This document shows positions 7,744-20,344 of a stretch of DNA of 64,000 bases, one piece after another (the stretch's first letter is position 1; every line of letters begins with the position of its first letter). The stretch lies in NCBI GenBank assembly GCA_041690135.1, contig JAWLHY010000001.1, forward strand, positions 1,408,001 to 1,472,000, written 5' to 3'. Both the position numbers and the translations under genes were made by a program. The DNA comes from Armatimonadota bacterium (lineage in GTDB: Bacteria; Armatimonadota; SYMT01). The notes beneath the pieces are model-generated. The model was not told the DNA's origin and did not search any database. It saw only the letters and a list, made by a program, of their open reading frames with translations.

Positions 7744-9453
7744 TTACGGCGTGCTGCTCACCGAAGTCGCGGGCATCGGCTCCGTGTCGGGCATCTCCGG
7801 CATCATGGCGGGCTGGCTCATGTCGATGACCGGCTCCGAAGAGGTAATCGGCGCCAGGCTCTCGGTGGCCACCTGCGTCTCCGACTCTGAGGGAACGAAG
7901 TCCGGATCGCCGGGCACCAGCGATCGCTCCTCCGTACTCCGGACGATCCGGACTCTCGGCTCCGGCGCGCGGGCCGGGACGAAGGACTCTGCTATCCGGC
8001 GCACGTCCGCTTCCGGCATGTCCGCCGCCGAGAGGGTCAGCCGGGTGCCCCCCTGCTTCCAGGTGAGGAACACCTGGGGGTAGGGCTCCTTCAAGCGCAC
8101 CAGGCGTCCTTCGACGGTCCCTTGCGGCGTTTCCAAGTTGATCACCTGGCCGTTGGCCAGGTCGCCTGGTGGCTCGTTGGCCGCATCCTGCTGAACCAGC
8201 TTCAGCACCTGGCTGGCCTTCTCCCCTTCCCGCAGCCAGTGGATGTCCAGCCAAGCGCCGCGCCGCGCCCGCACCCGCATCAAGCGGTAGTCCGCGGGCA
8301 GCCATTCCGGAGCCAGCACTGGGAAAGAGACCCGATCCGACCGGTTCCAGGCCAGCTCGTGCGCCGTGGTAACGGGTTTCCGATCGAATTCCTCGGTCCG
8401 CTTCGGAACGTAAGGCAGGGCCAGCGTGTGGGGATCCACATCCCCGTGCACCACGAAGGCGCCATCCGGGATCTGGAAGTCGAACGTGCCGGCGGGCAAC
8501 ACGTCGTAATTCACCTGCAGGTCCGCGGCCTCGGTCACGATGTGGTTCTGTTCATCGCGGTACCAGTGGATCCGGCGCGGGATGTAGGTCTCCTTGTCGA
8601 TCCACACCTGGTACTGGTCCTGCCGGGTGCCTCCGGGAGGCGTGGCGGCGAACTTGAGCCGGTAGCACTCGCGTGGGCCGACCCACTCCGAGCCGGTCAT
8701 CTCCACGTCCGGGCTCTGGGTCAACTGCCGGACCATCTGCTCCAGGCTCACGTTCCCGCCGTTCTGCCAGGTAACGCCGAACGGGAACGGCAGCGCCTCT
8801 TGACCCTCTCGGCGCGGCCGGACGATGACCACCGGGCCCCGGTCGTTCCATCGTGCGCCAGGGATGTAGTGGATGACGCGGTCCTGGTAGACGTAGGTCT
8901 GCAGGCGGTAGTCCTTCGCCGTGTCCAGGCGAAACTCGCCCGGGCGCCGGAAGAACTGCCGCTGTTTGAAGGTGCGCGGCTGCCCCTGGTAGGTGCCGGT
9001 GCTTACGAAGACACAGCCGTAGTTGTGGATGTTGCGCCAGGAGACGCTGGCCCGCCGGGCCACTTCCGCGGCGTTGATACTCCGCGTGGAGGCGAAAGCA
9101 CAGAGCCCGACGGCCACCACGGCGGTGGTAAGACCGCTTGCCAGGCGCAGGCGCGGTGGTGCCGGCAGCAGCCGTGCCAGGAACTCCCCGAGGCGCGCCG
9201 GGGACAGCGGGTGCCGGCGGCGCTCACGGCGATGCCGGGCCAGACGCACCTGCAGGCTGGCGCTGAAGTGAGCCGGCACGTCCTCCAACTCTTCTTCGTG
9301 GAGCATGCCGACCACGGCCTGCATCCGGGCATATTCCGCGCGGCAGCCGGAGCATTCTTCCAGATGCGCGAGGACCTTGCGGCTCTCGCGGGACTCGAGC
9401 TCTCCGTCGAGGAGGGCGCGGATCCGGGATTCGACAAAGTTACAGCCAGTCAT
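7744..9453 (-). CDS. Anti-sigma factor: ZAS (zf-HC2) + TM + LolA/RseB-like + C-terminal DUF4367-like region
   Basis: LLDGEL....HLEECSGC; TM LTTAVVAVGLCAFA; RRPGEFRL, VWIDKETYIPRRI, FDFQIPDGA; FPVLAPEWLPADY. Confidence 0.85.
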   Translation of the reverse strand: MTGCNFVESRIRALLDGELESRESRKVLAHLEECSGCRAEYARMQAVVGMLHEEELEDVPAHFSASLQVRLARHRRERRRHPLSPARLGEFLARLLPAPPRLRLASGLTTAVVAVGLCAFASTRSINAAEVARRASVSWRNIHNYGCVFVSTGTYQGQPRTFKQRQFFRRPGEFRLDTAKDYRLQTYVYQDRVIHYIPGARWNDRGPVVIVRPRREGQEALPFPFGVTWQNGGNVSLEQMVRQLTQSPDVEMTGSEWVGPRECYRLKFAATPPGGTRQDQYQVWIDKETYIPRRIHWYRDEQNHIVTEAADLQVNYDVLPAGTFDFQIPDGAFVVHGDVDPHTLALPYVPKRTEEFDRKPVTTAHELAWNRSDRVSFPVLAPEWLPADYRLMRVRARRGAWLDIHWLREGEKASQVLKLVQQDAANEPPGDLANGQVINLETPQGTVEGRLVRLKEPYPQVFLTWKQGGTRLTLSAADMPEADVRRIAESFVPARAPEPRVRIVRSTEERSLVPGDPDFVPSESETQVATESLAPITSSEPVIDMSQPAMMPEMPDTEPMPATSVSSTP

Positions 9454-9455
9454 TC

Positions 9456-9998
9456 TCACGATCCGACCTCCACGTAGGGCCGCAGTACCGTCGCCAGGCG
9501 CTGGGTGGCATAATGCAGGCGGCTGCGCACCGTACCGATCGGACACCCCACGATCTGGGCGATCTCTTCGTAGCTCAACCCGTGCAGGTCGCGCAATACC
9601 ACGACGAGCCGCAGCTTGTAGGGAAGCTGCTCGATCGCGGAGCGGACCCGTTCCTGCAGTTCGCCGGAAATGGCGAGGTGCTCCGGGTTATGACCCTGAT
9701 ACTGATCAGGCTCCTGCTCGTCCAGGTCGGTGGTGTCCAGCCGGCGCTTGCGCAGGTGATGCGAGCAAACGTGGACGGCGATCCGGTAGATCCAGGTGCT
9801 GAAGGTGGAGTCGCCGCGGAAGTTCGGCAGCGCCTTGTAGGCCGCAATAAACACATCTTGCGCCAGGTCGTCCGCTTCCGCGGGTGATACCAGCCGGCAG
9901 ACCAGGCTGTACACGCGCTTCCGGTGCCGTTCGACCAGAGCGTCGAAGGCATCCTCATCTCCGCGCTGGAACTGAGCTACGAGCCGATGATCATCCAT
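9456..9998 (-). CDS. ECF RNA polymerase sigma-70 factor
   Basis: GDEDAFDALV, ADDLAQDVF, FRGDSTFSTWIYRIA, LSYEEIAQIVGCPIGTVRSRL. Confidence 0.95.
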   Translation of the reverse strand: MDDHRLVAQFQRGDEDAFDALVERHRKRVYSLVCRLVSPAEADDLAQDVFIAAYKALPNFRGDSTFSTWIYRIAVHVCSHHLRKRRLDTTDLDEQEPDQYQGHNPEHLAISGELQERVRSAIEQLPYKLRLVVVLRDLHGLSYEEIAQIVGCPIGTVRSRLHYATQRLATVLRPYVEVGS

Positions 9999-10124
9999 TG
10001 GGCCTCTGCACCTATTTCGTCTTAGATGATTACGGGATTACCCGGACAGATGGTGGCCCCTTGCCCGCAAAGAGTTCGGTTTTCCCACAGCCGTTTTTCG
10101 TTGGCTTCAGATCGTCTCGCTCCC

Positions 10125-11501
10125 CTATCCGCCGGGGGAACCCAGGTGTACCTGCCACTGCTCCACATCCAGCGTCGGTAGCCGGGATCGGTCGAAGCGC
10201 CACTCACGCCGGGGTATCTGGTTCTCCAGGTCCCTTTCCAGCGCGCGCAGCAACCGCTCCGGGTCGCGGAGACCTTCCCGCTCCACCCAGGCGTCGAACG
10301 CTTCCGGAGTGGTAATGCCCAGGCCTTCCGCACACGCCCGCAATGCCCCGGTGCCGCTCCCGCGCCGCTTCCATTGGGCCGACGCCTCGCCGCTCAATTC
10401 TTCAACGAGTGCGGAATAGGCCGCCAACCGGTAGGAGATCGGCCCCTCAAGCTGCAGGTATGCGGCCGGCCAGAGGGCCACCTGCGCATTCCGCTCCGCC
10501 GGTGTCGCCACCCGCATTCCCAGCCACAGGGCCTGAAGCACTACTTGCGAGGGAGAAGCGGGTGCACTGGCGGCCAGGTTGGTGAGCACCCGATAGAGGT
10601 CCGGCCACGCTTCCGCTGCCGCGAGCCTGTCCACCGCGGCCAGGAGGAACTCGGTCTTCCGTAACGCATCCACTTCCCGACCGGCCCACCGCCCAAAGAG
10701 CAGCCCCATCTCCCGGAGAGTCACGGCCTTTCCGGCCGTGTTCCCCGACTGCTCCGTTAGAGCCAGGGCTGCCTCGAAGTGTCCCAGCGCCTCGGTCATT
10801 CGCAGTTGCGCGGCCGCCGCCATCCCGCGATGATGCACGATCGTGCCACGCTCCCACAGAATATCCTGTTCGGTGGAAGCCGGACACAACTCCAGGGCAC
10901 GTTCTAACGCCTGGTCCGCGGAACTCCACTTCTCCGCGTGATACAGGGCGAGGCCGAGCTGGTGCCATAGCCGGTAGTCTTCCACTATCCGTAGCGTGCG
11001 ACGGCAAAAGCTCACCGCGACGCCCGGCCGTCCCGCGTTGTTGGCCTGCTGGGCCAGAACGAGCCCCAGGTTGAGCGCAACCTCCACCTGGTTGCCCAGT
11101 TCGGCCAGCCGGAAGTACTCCTGGGCCTCTTCCGCGCCACAAGTCTCCACGGTGAGCCAGTATCTTTCGAACCAGCACAATGCCCCGCGGGCCGCCGCTT
11201 CCCGACGCTCATTCATTTCCAGCCTGTCGGCCAACTCCGTCCGGAGCTCCGGCGCCAACCGGAACCGCTCGCCGCCGGAGGGCGAGTGGACCTCCACCTG
11301 GATCAGCCCCAGAGCGGCGGCCCTCCGCAGGCAGACCTCGAAGGGTGCCCCTCCGGCAACCGCGGATAGGACTGCCCAATCCGCGGGCAATCCCAGTACC
11401 GTGAGGCACGTCAGCACCTCTTTCGCGGCAGATCCCAGTTCGCTGCTGAATTCCTCCAGGCGCCGTGTTATGCCGTCATCTGGGCTTTCTTTTCCGAACA
11501 T
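10125..11501 (-). CDS. Winged-helix + TPR protein
   Basis: TPRs (LWHQLGLAL.., IVHHRGMAAAAQLRMTEALGHFEAALAL, AVTLREMG); N-terminal region resembles the WH of STAND proteins; start uncertain. Confidence 0.7.
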   Translation of the reverse strand: MFGKESPDDGITRRLEEFSSELGSAAKEVLTCLTVLGLPADWAVLSAVAGGAPFEVCLRRAAALGLIQVEVHSPSGGERFRLAPELRTELADRLEMNERREAAARGALCWFERYWLTVETCGAEEAQEYFRLAELGNQVEVALNLGLVLAQQANNAGRPGVAVSFCRRTLRIVEDYRLWHQLGLALYHAEKWSSADQALERALELCPASTEQDILWERGTIVHHRGMAAAAQLRMTEALGHFEAALALTEQSGNTAGKAVTLREMGLLFGRWAGREVDALRKTEFLLAAVDRLAAAEAWPDLYRVLTNLAASAPASPSQVVLQALWLGMRVATPAERNAQVALWPAAYLQLEGPISYRLAAYSALVEELSGEASAQWKRRGSGTGALRACAEGLGITTPEAFDAWVEREGLRDPERLLRALERDLENQIPRREWRFDRSRLPTLDVEQWQVHLGSPGG

Positions 11502-11687
11502 GGCCTGCAGTTTTCTGGAGCTTGTCGCCTTGCCTGTCCAGTCCCTTCCACTGGGGTACCTATTCGCCGGACAGACGTATTCACCTTTGCGCCCGTCGCC
11601 GAACCGGAGCGGGCCCAAGGGGTGCTCGCCTTCCGGCCTGCTTTCGCTGTGGGGTGGAACCGGTTTGCGCGCGCGGCTATCCCACAG

Positions 11688-11734
11688 TTGACAGGCCGGC
11701 AAGGGTATGCAACACTATATCCGGATGGACGGAT
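11688..11734 (+). promoter_or_regulatory. Putative sigma-70 promoter of metH with adjacent palindromic operator
   Basis: TTGACA (11688)-17 bp-AACACT preceded by TGn; ATCCG-N6-CGGAT at 11719-11734. Confidence 0.55.
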
Positions 11735-11808
11735 GAATGCCCTCCGCAGGCCGATCAGAATGGCCGTGCCCGTAGCGGCCTTCACGGCACGCACCTGGGC
11801 CACCCGTC

Positions 11809-11863
11809 TCACGCATCACGTATTACGCATCACGTAATATGCATCACGAATTACGCGTCACGC
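11809..11863. repeat. Degenerate heptamer tandem repeat (TCACGCA/TTACGCA)n
   Basis: tcacgca tcacgta ttacgca tcacgta atatgca tcacgaa ttacgcg tcacgc. Confidence 0.85.
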
Positions 11864-11880
11864 TCCCCCTTACAACCGCC

Positions 11881-15576
<3,696 letters not shown>

Positions 15577-15582
15577 GGCATC

Positions 15583-15866
15583 TCACCGCAAAGGGCCGCA
15601 ATGGGCCGCAAAGAGAGGGAAAGGAGGGGGCTGGTGCTGAAACCGGTCCCCTCTCTGGCTCACCTGTCCGTTCGAGAGATGTCTCGCCTTCACGAAAGGC
15701 TTGGTATCGAGTTCTTCCTTTTCCCTTTGCGTCATTGCGCACCCCTGTGGGGCGTAAACCTTTGCGAGAGCTAATTTCCTTCCGTGTCTTTCCGCGTGTT
15801 CCGCGGGCAATCGCACGGGTAATCCGTCCCTCTCCTGCTTTGCGGATGCGCGTCTTTGCGCGAGAC
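15583..15866. repeat. Intergenic CGCAAAG/CTTTGCG and TCCGTG short-repeat cluster
   Basis: ccgcaaagggccgcaatgggccgcaaag; ctttgcgtcattgcg; cctttgcgag; tccgtgtctttccgcgtgttccgcgg; ctttgcggatgcgcgtctttgcgcgag. Confidence 0.55.
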
Positions 15867-15957
15867 CCTCCTCTTCAGGTTCGGTGGATGGGAGTTTCCC
15901 GGCACAGGCATTCGGGAAAGTAGGGGTGCCAATCGACTGCGGACACGGAGGACCCAA

Positions 15958-16215
15958 ATGCCGGAAGTGAAGTGCACCGTGAGCAACTGCGAGTACTGGG
16001 GCGTCAGCAACGTCTGCACTGCCGACCAGATCCTGATCACCGCCGGGCCGACGGCCGGCAAGGACAAGCACGGCTCCGGAGCGGAGCGCATGAACGATAC
16101 GCCGGTCGCCATTTCGGAACACACCTACTGCTGGACCATGACGCCAAGCGAGTTGGCGGAGCTCGAGGAAGAGGATTATGTAGGAGACACGACCTACACC
16201 GCCGGCTCGGCGTAG
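15958..16215 (+). CDS. DUF1540 domain-containing protein
   Basis: MPEVKCTVSNCEYW....CTADQILI....T.CWT; RBS GGAGG. Confidence 0.85.
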   Translation: MPEVKCTVSNCEYWGVSNVCTADQILITAGPTAGKDKHGSGAERMNDTPVAISEHTYCWTMTPSELAELEEEDYVGDTTYTAGSA

Positions 16216-16225
16216 CCCTCACACG

Positions 16226-16735
16226 CTATCGGGTGATGACACTGATGCGGCCATCGCCCTCCATAAATGCTTCCTTCACCTGGCCCAGCTCTTCGATGCC
16301 CTTTTCGCGGAGTTGGGTCATCAGTTCTTCTTCAGTGATCAACTCCCGGCTCATGTTCCGGCGCAGCATGCGTCCGTCTTTCACGAGCAGCAATGCTTCG
16401 GGGTGGACGAACCGGCGGATGGGTGGGAAACGGTAGCCCAGCCACTCGAGCGCGTAGCACCAGAACACGATCGTGCCGACGAGCACCAGCCCATCGCCCA
16501 CGGAACGGTACTGTCCAGCCATGGCGTTCTGGGCGGCGTCCGCGATCAGCACTACTACCAGCAGGTCGGTGATCCCAATTCCGCCAGACTCACGCTTCAA
16601 GACCAGGCGCAACAAAGCAAAAAGCGCCAGGTAAACCACGGTCCCCCGGAGCGCCAGTTCGGGCACCGCGGCGGTCGGAGCGAAGGTCTCCATCCACTCG
16701 ATCTGCGGCAGTTGCGGAGTTTGCAGCCCGCCCAT
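16226..16735 (-). CDS. DUF421 (YetF-like) membrane protein
   Basis: LRGTVVYLALF..LR..KRE.G..DLLVVVLIADA; LVKDG....N..RE.IT.EEL..QLRE.GI; A.ME.DG.ISVI; start uncertain. Confidence 0.9.
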   Translation of the reverse strand: MGGLQTPQLPQIEWMETFAPTAAVPELALRGTVVYLALFALLRLVLKRESGGIGITDLLVVVLIADAAQNAMAGQYRSVGDGLVLVGTIVFWCYALEWLGYRFPPIRRFVHPEALLLVKDGRMLRRNMSRELITEEELMTQLREKGIEELGQVKEAFMEGDGRISVITR

Positions 16736-17003
16736 CCCACGCTCCTTCAGGGGTGAGGGGAGTTCTTCCGCCACTGTACCCGGCGGGTTGGAGAGGCAAA
16801 ACCAACGGGGATGTTACGGGCTACCTACTTCCTGCGGATTGTTAAGTGTCGCCTCGTGCAAAGGGGTATGTTCACGAGTCGGCGAATCTTCCTGGGACTC
16901 CCCTAGCGGGTGGGAGGGTCTCAAGGCGTAGACGGGGTAGGGTGTTGTTCACCGGCCGTCGGGGTTACGCATCGAGCTGACCATCGCCCAAGGAGTAAGG
17001 TTT

Positions 17004-18311
17004 ATGAGCAATGATAGGGATGCGCGTTTGCACCTGGTCTGCATTTCCGGACCGGACCAGGGCAAGCGGATCGCCCTGGGCGATCAGGAGACGGTCATCG
17101 GCAGTGCCTCGGACGCGGGGCTCCTCAGCGGCGATCCGGATGTCGCGGAACGGCACGCGGGCGTTTGCCTGTTGAACGGTGTGGTGCACTACCGTTCACT
17201 GGCCGGCACTCCCCTTTTCCAGGACGGGGTCGGCCGGTCGGACGGAACCCTCGGGCCGGGCGCGCAGCTTCGGATTGGGCGCTCTTTCTGGCAGATGCAG
17301 GCGCCGGGCCGGGTGGTGGGATCTCCGGCCGGAGGGCTCTTCGACGCGGTGGGCCGGCACGTCCGCAGCATCACCGGCACCGAGGAGTTGGAAGGCTTCA
17401 GCGTCGAGGAGTTTTTCTCGGACGTCTCCAAGCGCCGGACGGATGAGGACATCGAGGAGTTCTTCATCGTCGGCACCCGCCTGACGACACCTTCGCTCCG
17501 GGACGTGAACACCAAGTGGCCCAAGCCCTGGCTGTTCTTCAAGGCGTTGACGCTCTCGCTGCTGATCTATCTCGGCTTCGCGTTCGCGTTCAACACCTTC
17601 CACAACCCGAACCTGATCCCCGGCCTGATCATGATGGGTTCGTTCGCGGTGCCGCTCAGCGTGGTGTTCTTCTTCTTCGAGATGAACGTGCTGCGAAACA
17701 TTTCCGTGTACCACGTCTTCAAGTCGCTGCTGGCGGGAGGCGTGCTCTCCCTGATCACCTCGCTTTACGGGTTCCAGATCCTGCAGTTGAGCTGGCTGGG
17801 AGCCTCTTCGGCCGGAATCATCGAGGAGACCGGTAAGCTGCTGGCCCTGCTGATCCTGTACCGCCAGACGGAGCGGCGCTGGACCTTGAACGGCCTGCTA
17901 CTCGGTGGGGCCGTGGGCGCCGGGTTCGCGGTGTTCGAATCGGCCGGTTATGCGCTGCGGATCCTGATCCTCGGCGGGCCCGAGGCGATGTTCGACAATA
18001 TCTGGATCCGGGGGCTCCTCTCGCCGGGAGCGCACGTGGCATGGACCGCTCTCGTCGGTGCGGCCTTGTGGCGCGTGCGGGGCAACCAGCCGACCACGGG
18101 GGTGGTCCTCCAGGACCTCCGCTTCCTGCGGGTCTTCGGCCTGGCGATCGGTCTGCACATGATTTGGAATGCGCCCATCGACCTGCCGTTCTACGCCAAG
18201 CACATCGCTCTGACGGTGATCGCCTGGATGGGCATTCTCGGGTTCGTCCAGGAGGGCCTGAAGCAGGTCCGCGCGGAGCAGGCCGAACTCTCGCCGGTTT
18301 CCGGGAACTGA
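17004..18311 (+). CDS. FHA-like domain + PrsW family glutamic intramembrane protease
   Basis: N-terminal SGPDQGKRI..VIG..DPDVAERHA (FHA fold); IIEETGK, GFAVFES, AHVAWT, LHMIWN. Confidence 0.88.
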   Translation: MSNDRDARLHLVCISGPDQGKRIALGDQETVIGSASDAGLLSGDPDVAERHAGVCLLNGVVHYRSLAGTPLFQDGVGRSDGTLGPGAQLRIGRSFWQMQAPGRVVGSPAGGLFDAVGRHVRSITGTEELEGFSVEEFFSDVSKRRTDEDIEEFFIVGTRLTTPSLRDVNTKWPKPWLFFKALTLSLLIYLGFAFAFNTFHNPNLIPGLIMMGSFAVPLSVVFFFFEMNVLRNISVYHVFKSLLAGGVLSLITSLYGFQILQLSWLGASSAGIIEETGKLLALLILYRQTERRWTLNGLLLGGAVGAGFAVFESAGYALRILILGGPEAMFDNIWIRGLLSPGAHVAWTALVGAALWRVRGNQPTTGVVLQDLRFLRVFGLAIGLHMIWNAPIDLPFYAKHIALTVIAWMGILGFVQEGLKQVRAEQAELSPVSGN

Positions 18312-18409
18312 TTCGCGCGCTGCTGATCTCGAAGTGGGGAGCCTCCTGTTCCGGCGTGAGAGGGTGCGGGAGTTTGAGGACTGTGCTCGAGACGTCGTGA
18401 GCGAGGAGT

Positions 18410-18587
18410 TCCCCTCTCCCGCAGCGTGGGAGAGGGGCAGGGGTGAGGGTACTCCTGGTATGAGTGGTGCAAGTGGGCTACTTGCCTGGTGGGGTCCCAT
18501 GCCCACTTGCCGGGCGTTGGGACCCCACTCCACACGGCACGACGGGTGCAAAGCCACAGCCCGGCGGGTACGGAGACTCCGCCCTAC
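18410..18587. repeat. Mosaic of palindromic repeats: CCCCTCTCCC/GGGAGAGGGG element, GTGG hairpin and GTAG REP
   Basis: cccctctcccgcagcgtgggagaggggcaggggtgaggg; gtggggtccca..tgggaccccac (18489-18528); minus GTAG-GGCGG-N11-CCGCC (18587-18563). Confidence 0.75.
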
Positions 18588-18622
18588 TTCTGCGGGTGCA
18601 AGTACTGAGGCCATACCATTCC

Positions 18623-19639
18623 TCAGTCGCCTTGGTGGGACAGGATGTGCCGGCACAGGCCCAGCAGCCGGTGGGTGTAGCCCATCTCATTGTCATACCA
18701 GGCTACTACCCGCGCCAGGTTGCCCCGCACCTCCAGGCTCGGTTCCACCACGATGCTGGCTCGCGGATCTCCGACGAATGCCCGCGACGGCAGGTGAGCG
18801 TCCGTCGTCAGTCCGTAGGCCTCCTCGCGGCCCGCGGCGTAGGTCCGTAGCGCGGCGCGGAGTTCCTCGCGCGAGATGCTCTGCTCTAATTGGAAATGCG
18901 CTTCGAGTAGGGAGCCGGTCAACGTAGGCACGCGGGCGGCCTGGCCGGTGATCTTCCCCTCCAGGTCCGGGAAGATCATGGCGATCGCCTTCGCGGCTCC
19001 CGTCTCGGAGATGATGATGTTCTGGAAAGCGCTCCACGAGTCCGGCAGATCCTCCGCGGGGGCATCCACCAGTCGCTGGCTGTTGGTGACCGCATGGATC
19101 GCCACGAAGAAGCCGGCGGCGATTCGCATTCCCGCCTCGCGCAGCGCCATCACGGGATGCACCAGGCAGTTGGTGGTGCAGGAGGCGGCGGAGAGAATGC
19201 GGTGACGCCGGGGATCGAAGTCCGTGTGGTTCACGTGGTGCAGGAGTACCGCGTCCGCATCCTCGCGCGTCTTCGGCGGCATTGTCACCAGCACCTGGCG
19301 CGCCCCCAACTGCAGGTGCGCTTCGGCGGGCTCTCGTCGGCTGGCTCGCCCGGTGGCCTCGACCACCAGTGTGGCGCCGATCTCCTCGTAGTTCGCCTCC
19401 TCGGGGCGGAAGAACGGCACCCGTAAGCCCTCCCCCAGGTCGAAGGCGCCATCCACATAACGCACCGGCCGGAGCGAGCGTCCGTAGCTGGTATCGAACT
19501 CCGTTAGGGCGGCCAGCTTTCGCGGGTCGGCGGTGTCCACTACCCCCGCCAGACGAAACTGCCGCGGATTTCGCTGCCACTCTCGCAGGAACACTCGCCC
19601 GATCCGGCCCGCTCCCACCAATACCACTCCTGGTTGCAT
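18623..19639 (-). CDS. gap: Type I glyceraldehyde-3-phosphate dehydrogenase family protein (divergent)
   Basis: GAGRIGR, VVEATG, SAASCTTNCL, IHAVTNSQ, TGAAKA, RVPT, AWYDNEMGY; RBS GGAGGT. Confidence 0.88.
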   Translation of the reverse strand: MQPGVVLVGAGRIGRVFLREWQRNPRQFRLAGVVDTADPRKLAALTEFDTSYGRSLRPVRYVDGAFDLGEGLRVPFFRPEEANYEEIGATLVVEATGRASRREPAEAHLQLGARQVLVTMPPKTREDADAVLLHHVNHTDFDPRRHRILSAASCTTNCLVHPVMALREAGMRIAAGFFVAIHAVTNSQRLVDAPAEDLPDSWSAFQNIIISETGAAKAIAMIFPDLEGKITGQAARVPTLTGSLLEAHFQLEQSISREELRAALRTYAAGREEAYGLTTDAHLPSRAFVGDPRASIVVEPSLEVRGNLARVVAWYDNEMGYTHRLLGLCRHILSHQGD

Positions 19640-19826
19640 TCGTTACCTCCGTGGATCTACTCCGGGAACCGCCTTTCCATCGTCCTCGATGGGCGCGGCT
19701 CCCTACCTCAGCGTATCGAGGCGCGAGAGGCGTGATCCACGCCGAAGACGACTTTCGTACGGTGCAGCGGTACAATTAACGGCAATGCAATACGCATCGT
19801 GGGTTAAATGGGGACAGAAAGCTGAC

Positions 19827-20261
19827 ATGACGGAAACACGACGTGGGAAGAATGGTATAAGCAACAATCTTCGGCGCGAGCGAGAGGCCCGCCGGCTGTC
19901 CCTGGAGCAGTTGGCGCGGAAAGCGGGGATCCGCCGGGGATCGCTCTGGCAGATGGAAAATGGGGAGATCGGCCCCAGCCTGGAGACGGCGCTGCGCTTG
20001 AGCCGCGCGCTACGCGTGCCGGTCGAGCACCTGTTCTGGTTGGAAGGTGAAGACGAAGAGGCCGAAACCCGCACGGCCCGGCCGGAGCCCGACGTGATGG
20101 TCCGCGCCGTGCTCGGGGCGCTTGCGGAGAGCCTGCAGGATGAACTGTTTGTACGCCAAACCCTGTTCCGGCTGCGGCGGAGTCTGCTGGTGGAGGCGCA
20201 GCGGGTGCTGGAAGAAGAGGAACGGCAGGCGCGGGAGGCCTACGCCAAGAGTTTCATTTAA
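19827..20261 (+). CDS. XRE-family HTH transcriptional regulator
   Basis: NNLRRERE..RLSLEQLARKAGI.RGSLWQMENGE..PSLETALRLSRALRVPVEHLF plus helical C-terminal tail. Confidence 0.9.
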   Translation: MTETRRGKNGISNNLRREREARRLSLEQLARKAGIRRGSLWQMENGEIGPSLETALRLSRALRVPVEHLFWLEGEDEEAETRTARPEPDVMVRAVLGALAESLQDELFVRQTLFRLRRSLLVEAQRVLEEEERQAREAYAKSFI

Positions 20262-20344
20262 TCGGCAGTGGGTGAAGGATTGCCTACAGTGCCGTGTGGA
20301 AGTTATCCGTGTTGGTGATGCCCTCCAGGAAAGGAGACGCTCCG

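Noticed and set aside
11700-11880. SAM or cobalamin riboswitch before metH
   Set aside because: No SAM-I or B12-box consensus visible; leader occupied by a palindrome and heptamer repeats
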